From an uncultured Victivallales bacterium (GTDB lineage Bacteria; Verrucomicrobiota; Lentisphaeria; Oligosphaerales; JAFGRS01), in the NCBI GenBank assembly GCA_903933565.1, contig CAIZKT010000170.1, positions 1 through 39,579 on the forward strand: 39,579 nt of DNA, in the 5' to 3' direction. A program made the translations under genes and the position numbers. Below the pieces are notes generated by a model. That model was not told the origin of the DNA and made no database searches. It saw only the letters and a list, made by a program, of their open reading frames with translations. Below are positions 33,996-39,579 of this stretch, piece by piece. Each line of letters starts with the position of its first letter. The stretch's first letter is position 1.

Positions 33996-35285
33996 TCATA
34001 GCAGCGTCAGGGTCAGGTCCAGTGTCTGCCGCTGACGCTGCACCCGGATCGCCACGGTCGTACTCGGGCGCAAGCCCCGCAGTACCTCCATGACCTCCCC
34101 GACTGAGCCGACCCTGACCCCGCCGACCTCCCGGATCACGTCGTCGATCAGGACCAGGGCATCCGGCCGCGATACCCCGGTCACCAGCAGAGCGCCGCCG
34201 CCTTCACCGAAGCGGGCCTGCGCTTCCTCGGCGGTGAGTTGTCTCAGGGACAGCCCCAAGCGTGCCGGCGCCACCGGCGCGGCTGACGTCTCGCCGCGCT
34301 CCGGACCCGTCGCCGACGCGGTCGCGGTGGTGGTACCCAGAGCGAGGGGCGGTACGGTGGTCTGGGGCAGAACCAGCCGGGCTGTCTGCCCGCCGCCCCG
34401 AGCCTGGAACGTAACTCCGCCTGCGTCCACGGTATGCACTATCCACTCGCGGTACAACTCACCCCGCGAGAGCAAGAGGTCCGCCTTGCCGTCGCCGTCC
34501 GCCAGCACGGCCACCTGCTGTCCGGCGATCTCAGCGACACCCCGTAGGACCAGGGTACCAAGCGTCGGGTCGGCTGGTTGCTCTGGCGGCGGCGGCACGG
34601 GGGCGGGCGGCGGCGCCGCCGACGGTGCCGCCACAAGGTCGGTTTCAGCCTGGGGGAGCGTCTTCGGTTGCTTGGGCTGGAACAGGTCGTCGGCCAAGGC
34701 AAGGGGCGACTCCGCAGCCGCGGCAGTCGCCCCCCCCAGACGCACGATGGATTCCTGGGGCAGCAAGTCAGCCCGTAGGTGGAACCGGGGTGGGCCGTCC
34801 GCGGTCTCGCCGCGGGATACCGTCACCTCGGTGACTGCCATGCCCTGCAGTTCCCAGAGCAGGCGGTCGAAAGCCTCGATCGTGGCGTGCCCCTCGAGCA
34901 CGAAGCTGTCGATCACCTGGGTGGTGCCATCTGCAAGCAACCGGGGCATGGGGCGCAGGTTACTCACCTCGACGTTGGCCGCAGCCGCGGCCTTGCCCAT
35001 GGCCTTGAGAACATCCGCGAGCGCGGCGCCGACGCCCGGCAGACGCAGCCCGGTGTGCCACACGGCCACCCGCTGCAGGAGCCGCTCATGGTCTTCTCGC
35101 CAACTGCGCAGTTCGCGCAGCTTCTGTTCCTGTTTCCAGACTTCCTTGCGCCGTGCTTGCACCGTCTGCGCGCTCCGCCGCACCTTGGCCTGGAGCGGGT
35201 CGAGATAGCCCACATAGGACCCGGCGCCCACGAGGAACACCGCGAGGGCAATCACGAAACGTCGGTCGCGCGGGCTCAGTTTCAC
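33996..35285 (-). CDS. Fusion protein: PilO/GspM-like N-terminus + PilP/GspC-HR-like domain + C-terminal PDZ domain
   Basis: TM plus coiled coil is RRFVIALAVFLVGAGSYVGYLDPLQAKVRRSAQTVQARRKEVWKQEQKL. A ferredoxin-like PilO/GspM body follows. The Pro-rich linker is APPPAPVPPPPEQP. The HR/PilP-like part is LVLRGVAEIAGQQVAVLADGDGKADLLLSRGELYREWIVHTVDAGGVTF. The PDZ-like part is GGGALLVTGVSRPDALVLIDDVIREVGGVRVGSVGEVMEVLRGLRPSTTVAIRVQR. The GTG start overlaps the upstream stop as GTGA. Confidence 0.7.
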   Translation of the reverse strand: MKLSPRDRRFVIALAVFLVGAGSYVGYLDPLQAKVRRSAQTVQARRKEVWKQEQKLRELRSWREDHERLLQRVAVWHTGLRLPGVGAALADVLKAMGKAAAAANVEVSNLRPMPRLLADGTTQVIDSFVLEGHATIEAFDRLLWELQGMAVTEVTVSRGETADGPPRFHLRADLLPQESIVRLGGATAAAAESPLALADDLFQPKQPKTLPQAETDLVAAPSAAPPPAPVPPPPEQPADPTLGTLVLRGVAEIAGQQVAVLADGDGKADLLLSRGELYREWIVHTVDAGGVTFQARGGGQTARLVLPQTTVPPLALGTTTATASATGPERGETSAAPVAPARLGLSLRQLTAEEAQARFGEGGGALLVTGVSRPDALVLIDDVIREVGGVRVGSVGEVMEVLRGLRPSTTVAIRVQRQRQTLDLTLTLL

Positions 35286-36622
35286 GGCCTCTCCGTTGCG
35301 GGAGCCGCAGCTCCCGGACCGTCGGTTCCGTCGGCCCGCAGGCGGAAGCTCAACTGGAACTCCACACCTTCGCGGCGGGCTTCACTGAGGATCAACGCGA
35401 CGTCGGTCAGGCGAGCGCTGCTGCTCAGGGCTTGGACATAGTCGGTCACGCGCTCGTAGTCCGGGCTTCTCCCACTCGCCAGCAGGACGCCGCTGAGCCG
35501 ACCCGAGAACACGGTCAGATACACCGCGGGTGGCCGGGCTGCTTCGAGGACCGCGAGGATCTCGTGCCAGCGGCGCGGGCTCTCGATCCCGACGCCGGCC
35601 GTTGCGGCCAGTTCTGTCATGGCCGTGACGTCGCTCGTCAGGTCGCTCAGTTCGCGGTACCGCGGCGCGAGGGCATGCAGGCGGCCATCCAGGGCCGCGC
35701 ACTGGTTCTGGTTCTGGCGCCATTCGCCTTCGTAGTAGAGAGCCATCGCCAAGGGCCACAGAGGCAAGCTCCACAGCAGTCCCCGACGCAGCGCCCCACG
35801 CAGGTGCCCGGCACGCGGGCGCAGGTCCCAGCGCCGGAATCGGCGACCGCGCGCATGAAAGGCCGCCAGGCCCGCCAGGACCCATCCTGAGCCAGGCTCA
35901 ACCCCGGCGTCGCCTAGGTCCAAGCATTCCTCGGGTGCGATCCAGTGGACGTCGCCAAACAGCTCTGGCGTCAGTCGCGCCGCCACCTCCGGGAGCGCGG
36001 ACGAGAAAATCAGCGTGCGGTCAGGCCGCAACGGGCGTCGTTCCTCGCGCAGATAGACCGCCTGACAGGCGAGACGCAGGTCACGCACCAGGTCGGCAGC
36101 GTCGGCGGCGTCACCGCGCGGCCCCTGAGGCAGCGGGATCTCTCGCATGAGCACGATCTCGGCGCCGGCCATCATCACCGTCAAGACCCGTCTCTCGTCC
36201 AGGCACACGAGCAGCGTGTTCCTGTCGCTGGCGAGGGACTCGCGCAGGAGCATCAGACCAACCAGGGCGAGCGGCTCCGGAACGACACACTTCACGCCGC
36301 CCGCCACGGTCGACGTGGTGGCCAGGAGCAGTAGGCGGATGCCGCGTTCGCCTTCAGCCACTTGCCAACGCACCGTGGCCGGATCGACATTGGGCAGGTG
36401 GAAACCGGCCTGCAAACGTATGGCCTCGCGCAGCTCCCCCGGCTCCATGGGCGGCAGCGAGAGGTCCTTGAGGATCACCTCAGTCAACGGCAGCCCCACC
36501 ACGGTCAGTCGCGCTCGGGCGCCAGCCGCTTCCGGCACGGTACGCACGCGAACAGATCGTCCCGCCGTGACCGCCTCTGCGGCGAGGAGCGAACCGTTGC
36601 GGTTGATGGCCACCAGCGACAA
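35282..36622 (-). CDS. Fusion-type assembly-platform protein: PilM/GspL-like cytoplasmic (actin-fold) domain + TM + PilN/GspL-like periplasmic part
   Basis: The N-terminus LTVVGLPLTEVILKDLSLPPMEPGELREAIRLQAGFHLP is PilM-like. The central TM is LLWSLPLWPLAMALYYEG. It is followed by a coiled-coil/ferredoxin-like tail. The position matches gspL/pilMN in such operons. The start is TTG 36622, with an alternative GTG at 36613. Confidence 0.65.
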   Translation of the reverse strand: MSLVAINRNGSLLAAEAVTAGRSVRVRTVPEAAGARARLTVVGLPLTEVILKDLSLPPMEPGELREAIRLQAGFHLPNVDPATVRWQVAEGERGIRLLLLATTSTVAGGVKCVVPEPLALVGLMLLRESLASDRNTLLVCLDERRVLTVMMAGAEIVLMREIPLPQGPRGDAADAADLVRDLRLACQAVYLREERRPLRPDRTLIFSSALPEVAARLTPELFGDVHWIAPEECLDLGDAGVEPGSGWVLAGLAAFHARGRRFRRWDLRPRAGHLRGALRRGLLWSLPLWPLAMALYYEGEWRQNQNQCAALDGRLHALAPRYRELSDLTSDVTAMTELAATAGVGIESPRRWHEILAVLEAARPPAVYLTVFSGRLSGVLLASGRSPDYERVTDYVQALSSSARLTDVALILSEARREGVEFQLSFRLRADGTDGPGAAAPATERP

Positions 36623-36626
36623 CGCG

Positions 36627-37532
36627 TCAACCCCCTTCCATCCACAGCACTGTCAGGCCGGCTTTCGAGACCTTCACGACACCTTCGAGTTGACGTTGGA
36701 CGCCACCGGCTGCGCCTGTCGCCCGGATGCGGAAGTACTCCGGCGTCACCTTTACCCAATCGGCCAGGGCCTGGAAGACCGCCGGGGTCACGCCCGGTAT
36801 GTGTTGCAGATCCTCGACCCGCGTGAACGTTCGGCCGCTGTCGAGATACTGCCGGATCTCGCCCGCCAGTTGCGCGTCGACACCCGGCAGAACGCGCAGG
36901 ACTTCAGCCGGGCACTCATTGATGGCGACGCGTCCGCGGTGGTACGGCGTTACGAGTGCGGCCAGCCCCGGCGTTTTGTCCTGACCGTAGTAGCAGGCGC
37001 CGTCCATGCCTTCGACTTGCCACAGTTCCTCCAACACTCGCACGCCGCCAGCGGTTGCGCGCTGGCGCAGGAAACTGGCGACGGCTTCCGCCTGCGTGGG
37101 CGAGACCGTCGGCAGTCGGCCCAGGCTGACGGCGTTCAGGCGCGACAGCGGCGCCTTGGCGTCTTCAACGGCGACCTCGCACCAGCATGGGGCGACGCCC
37201 GGCTCCGGCGGCTTCTCTGTCGGCTTTGCCGACCAGTCTGCGGGCTCGACGGTCCACGTGCCGATGCTCTCGTTGCGGCGGCCGTTTGGGGCTGTGTCCA
37301 GCCCCTGTTCCGCCCGTGATCGGAGCGCGGCGGCCACACGCCAGAAGCCGGCGCGGGCCAGACCCGCTGCGTCCATCTCGCGCGTGGCGTAGCCGGCGGC
37401 CTTGAGATTGCTACTGACTCGCATCGAGACGGTAAGCAGCAGCAGCGTCAGAACGGCCGTTACCCACAGGGTCAGCAACAGGGCGTACCCGGCTTCACGT
37501 CCGCGGCGTTTTCTCGCGCAGATCTTTGTCAT
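36627..37532 (-). CDS. gspK: GspK-like minor pseudopilin with C-terminal helix-hairpin-helix repeats
   Basis: The preferred ATG at 37532 gives MTKICARKRRGREAGYALLLTLWVTAVLTLLLLTVS, the GspK N-terminus pattern RG.ALl.vLw....L. HhH motifs are NECPAEVLRVLPGVDAQLAGEI and VEDLQHIPGVTPAVFQALADWV. The track's 449-aa version is an upstream extension over the preceding gene. Confidence 0.75.
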   Translation of the reverse strand: MTKICARKRRGREAGYALLLTLWVTAVLTLLLLTVSMRVSSNLKAAGYATREMDAAGLARAGFWRVAAALRSRAEQGLDTAPNGRRNESIGTWTVEPADWSAKPTEKPPEPGVAPCWCEVAVEDAKAPLSRLNAVSLGRLPTVSPTQAEAVASFLRQRATAGGVRVLEELWQVEGMDGACYYGQDKTPGLAALVTPYHRGRVAINECPAEVLRVLPGVDAQLAGEIRQYLDSGRTFTRVEDLQHIPGVTPAVFQALADWVKVTPEYFRIRATGAAGGVQRQLEGVVKVSKAGLTVLWMEGG

Positions 37533-38115
37533 CGCTGTTGTCTTTGCGAATGGCCGCCATCGCCAGGCGGAACACGGTACACAGCGGCAGGGCGTCGGGT
37601 CCGGCACCGACCGTACCGTTGACGCGTACGGCTTCGGGTATACCGTCGCGTGCGGCGTCGTGTTCCGCCACCCATTGGCCTCGCCACAAGTACTCGAAGC
37701 GGACCTCGCACGCTTCACCGAGAAGCACGGTCGTCTGCGGGTTCTGGACCGCCACGCCCGATACTGGCTTCTCACAGCGGACCAACTGCCCCGCCTGCCA
37801 CTGGTAAGTGACCCAGCACGGGGGCGCCAAGGGCCGGGCGCTGCGGACCAGGAACGTAAAACCATCGGCAGCGCAACGGCAACCAGGCAGCGCCACCGGC
37901 ACCATTCGGGCCATGTCGCCTTCCAGGATGTGCATTCCCCCGCGGGCGTGCGCCAAGAGTGCGCCGCGCTCTTCACCGATCCGGTAGGCTTGCAGGCCGC
38001 TGTGGAACGCCGCTACCAGCGCCGTCGTGATCAGTCCCAGCACAGTCACCGCCACCAGGACCTCCAGCAGAGTAAAGCAGCGGGACCGCGGCCGTCTACC
38101 AGTTGCCGATGTCAT
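37495..38115 (-). CDS. GspJ-like minor pseudopilin
   Basis: The preferred ATG at 38115 gives MTSATGRRPRSRCFTLLEVLVAVTVLGLITTALVAAFHSGLQAYRIGEE ... ILEGDMARMV. It overlaps the gspG 3' end by 20 nt. Confidence 0.7.
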   Translation of the reverse strand: MTSATGRRPRSRCFTLLEVLVAVTVLGLITTALVAAFHSGLQAYRIGEERGALLAHARGGMHILEGDMARMVPVALPGCRCAADGFTFLVRSARPLAPPCWVTYQWQAGQLVRCEKPVSGVAVQNPQTTVLLGEACEVRFEYLWRGQWVAEHDAARDGIPEAVRVNGTVGAGPDALPLCTVFRLAMAAIRKDNSDDKDLREKTPRT

Positions 38116-38512
38116 CCTGAGAGCCTTCCCGCCCGTCGGGACCGCACGAGAACAGGTCGTAGGAGCGCGGGTTACGTGTGCCTGGGCTCCTGTAGGCATA
38201 CTTCCCCCCCCATGCGTCCGTGGCGATCTCCTTCTGCAGATACGGCCCTTTCCAGCGCGGCGGCAGCGGCGGCTGAGTCGGCGCCTCGACCAGAGCCCGC
38301 AGTCCCTGGTCGGTCGTAGGGTAGCGGCCGCTGTCGAGTTCGTAGGCGTCCAGAGCCGTGGCCAGGATGCCGATCTGGTTCTGAGCCGCGCTCAGGCGCG
38401 CCTCTTCGGTTCGGCCCGTGAACTTGGGCAGGACGATCGCAGCCAGGACGCCGAGAATGATGACCACGACCATGATCTCGATGAAGGTGAACGGCCGCGG
38501 CTGTTGATTCAT
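38096..38512 (-). CDS. gspG: Major pseudopilin GspG
   Basis: The preferred ATG at 38512 is preceded by GGAGGGA with a spacer of about 9 nt. It gives MNQQPRPFTFIEIMVVVIILGVLAAIVLPKFTGRTEEARLSAAQNQIGILATALDAYELDSGRYPTTDQGLRALVE ... WKGPYL ... DAWGGKYAYRSPG ... YDLFSCGPDGREGSQDDIGNW. This is near-textbook GspG except for the -1 residue. Confidence 0.9.
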   Translation of the reverse strand: MNQQPRPFTFIEIMVVVIILGVLAAIVLPKFTGRTEEARLSAAQNQIGILATALDAYELDSGRYPTTDQGLRALVEAPTQPPLPPRWKGPYLQKEIATDAWGGKYAYRSPGTRNPRSYDLFSCGPDGREGSQDDIGNW

Positions 38513-38565
38513 GGCCTGTCTTCCCTCCATTGCAGCGGGATTAGTCACATAGCTCCACGAGTTCA

Positions 38566-38594
38566 CATATAGTACCCCACGCGCGCCGATGCAA
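38566..38594 (-). promoter_or_regulatory. Candidate sigma70-type promoter of the secretion operon
   Basis: On the minus strand: TTGCAT (38594-38589), 17 nt spacer, TATATG (38571-38566). This leaves a 5' UTR of about 45 nt before the gspG ATG. It is motif-level evidence only. Confidence 0.3.
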
Positions 38595-38737
38595 CACGAC
38601 TAGCCGGAAAAGAAAACCAGCCCTGACGAAAACGGCTGCTGAAGAGTGACGGGGGGCGGATGGTTGGGGTCAGCGGGTGCGACTGGGGCGCGAGGGAACG
38701 CCCCGTTGCCGCCTCAAGAGCGTGACCAAAATGGCCG

Positions 38738-39289
38738 GTGAGAGTGGCCCCACTGCGAGGCTGGCACGGGTTACCGGCGTTCTTCTTGCTTCCCCTCCGG
38801 GGGAGTCTTGATGCGGCTTTCCTGATTGGCGGGCTGTTCTTGGCGTGTTGTTCGGCTCTTCTTCCCCTGTGTATTGCGCGTGCCGCGTGTGCAGATTGGC
38901 AGGCATCCAAGCGGAGGATGTCTGTGTTGGCCACACTGCCGAAGCGCCCTTGCCGGGCGTGCGGTCTCGATTACGTACCGGACGCCCGCAACTCTTGTCA
39001 CCAGGACTGCTGTACGCGCAAGGTGTGCGTACGTCGCCGGAAGCGGGTACGCCAGCGTCTCTGGCACCGGGAGCGCTATGCGTCTGATGCGTCGTTCCGG
39101 GAGAAGGCCAAGTCGCGGGTGCGCCGGCACCGAAGGCGGGCTTCCCAGGCCCAGGCGCAAGGGCCTCCGACGAGCGCATCTGAAGGTCGCCTGCGGCATC
39201 TGGAACAGGCCTTTCCGGGGCTGGCCATGCAGATGGGCGAAGAGCCCGACGCGATAACAGGCGCGGGAACTGGTGTCGGCCTGGGCTGA
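38738..39289 (+). CDS. Hypothetical small Cys-rich, highly basic protein (possible zinc-ribbon); start uncertain
   Basis: From the internal ATG at 38918: MSVLATLPKRPCRACGLDYVPDARNSCHQDCCTRKVCVRRRKRVRQRLWHRERYASDASFREKAKSRVRRHRRR. This is a CxxC ... C ... CC ... C cluster followed by an Arg/Lys-rich helix-like region. The overlapping minus-strand ORFs look like junk. I recognise no family with certainty. Confidence 0.35.
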   Translation: MRVAPLRGWHGLPAFFLLPLRGSLDAAFLIGGLFLACCSALLPLCIARAACADWQASKRRMSVLATLPKRPCRACGLDYVPDARNSCHQDCCTRKVCVRRRKRVRQRLWHRERYASDASFREKAKSRVRRHRRRASQAQAQGPPTSASEGRLRHLEQAFPGLAMQMGEEPDAITGAGTGVGLG

Positions 39290-39505
39290 CACCGGCAGCC
39301 GCAGGGGCGCAGCAGTCCAGACCGCAAGCCGCAGTGACAATCCAAAGCACACCGGGAGCAGCTCCCATCCTCCCCGCTCCCATCCTGCCTGCGTACAGGT
39401 CGCGCACTTCCGTCCACCCCCCACGTTCGGCGGCCCTTCCGCGCGGCAGCCCCCAAGAAACGCCTGCGCCATGCGTCGCATCTGTATGAGCACGAAAGGT
39501 GAGCT

Positions 39506-39579
39506 ATGCGTGGAACGATGGCTGTGTGCATGCTCGTGGGCTGCATACTAGCCACAGCAGTCCAAAGCTTGGCCTGTCG
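39506..39579 (+). CDS. Possible 5' end of a secreted protein or lipoprotein gene running off the right edge
   Basis: Own reading, as it is not in the track: AAAGGTGA lies 4 nt before ATG 39506. The translation is MRGTMAVCMLVGCILATAVQSLAC..., which is signal-peptide-like with no stop before the window ends. Only 24 codons are visible. Confidence 0.25.
   Translation, partial: MRGTMAVCMLVGCILATAVQSLAC

Noticed and set aside
28073-37319. Plus-strand ORFs of 277-526 aa (28073-29158, 29945-30778, 32289-33869, 34090-35208, 36147-37319) across the secretion operon
   Set aside because: Each is antisense to a gene with textbook T2SS motifs (GspF, GspE, GspD and others). They have low-complexity high-GC shadow composition.
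38670-39555. Three overlapping minus-strand ORFs (245, 240, 159 aa) at the right end
   Set aside because: They are mutually overlapping in different frames, with Arg/Pro/Gly/Ala-rich composition and no motifs or export signals. The plus-strand Cys-rich ORF is the more protein-like, though itself uncertain.
1-39579. Scan for tRNA, rRNA, integrase/transposase genes, terminal inverted repeats or prophage genes that would define a mobile island
   Set aside because: I could recognise none by eye. The accessory character is inferred only from the gene remnant, the repeats and the TA module, so no mobile_element feature is claimed.

Overview
Visibly GC-rich bacterial window. I saw no rRNA, tRNA, CRISPR array, integrase or transposase. 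It reads as an accessory cell-envelope and secretion neighbourhood. All family calls rest on motifs read by eye, with no searches run.

Contents from left to right:

(1) 1-3220 (-): the 5' part of a very large secreted multidomain peptidoglycan amidase. It runs off the left edge and is missing from the ORF track.

(2) 3300-4850: a decayed, largely non-coding stretch. It holds a 14-bp-phased TCAGTTG array, a 3' remnant of an AAA+ ATPase, and about 3 copies of a 107-bp hairpin-rich tandem repeat.

(3) A secreted six-bladed beta-propeller plus a GH36-type alpha-galactosidase.

(4) A brnT-brnA toxin-antitoxin pair with a palindromic operator abutting the start codon.

(5) An orphan module:
- a 3,035-aa secreted giant protein with Ca-binding beta/gamma-crystallin motifs and one DUF4214-like motif, otherwise unrecognisable;
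- followed by a 243-aa secreted protein and an LVIVD-like propeller;
- divergent from a 943-aa secreted orphan and an 881-aa NHL / Cache-like / HAMP / GAF membrane sensor with no output domain;
- then a TlpA-like redoxin with an atypical C-X6-C.

(6) 26938-38512 (-): a 12-gene, translationally coupled T2SS/T4aP-hybrid operon. The gene order is gspG, J-like pseudopilin, gspK, PilM-PilN fusion, PilO-PilP-PDZ fusion, gspD, ParA/MinD-like ATPase, coiled-coil wHTH protein, gspE, gspF, H-like, I-like. None of its four pseudopilins has the canonical Gly at -1, one has an 85-residue leader, and no prepilin peptidase is present.

The best candidate for an undescribed system is the giant-protein orphan module together with this atypical secretion operon and its embedded ParA/wHTH pair. 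Most other long ORFs in the track are antisense shadow ORFs typical of high-GC DNA.
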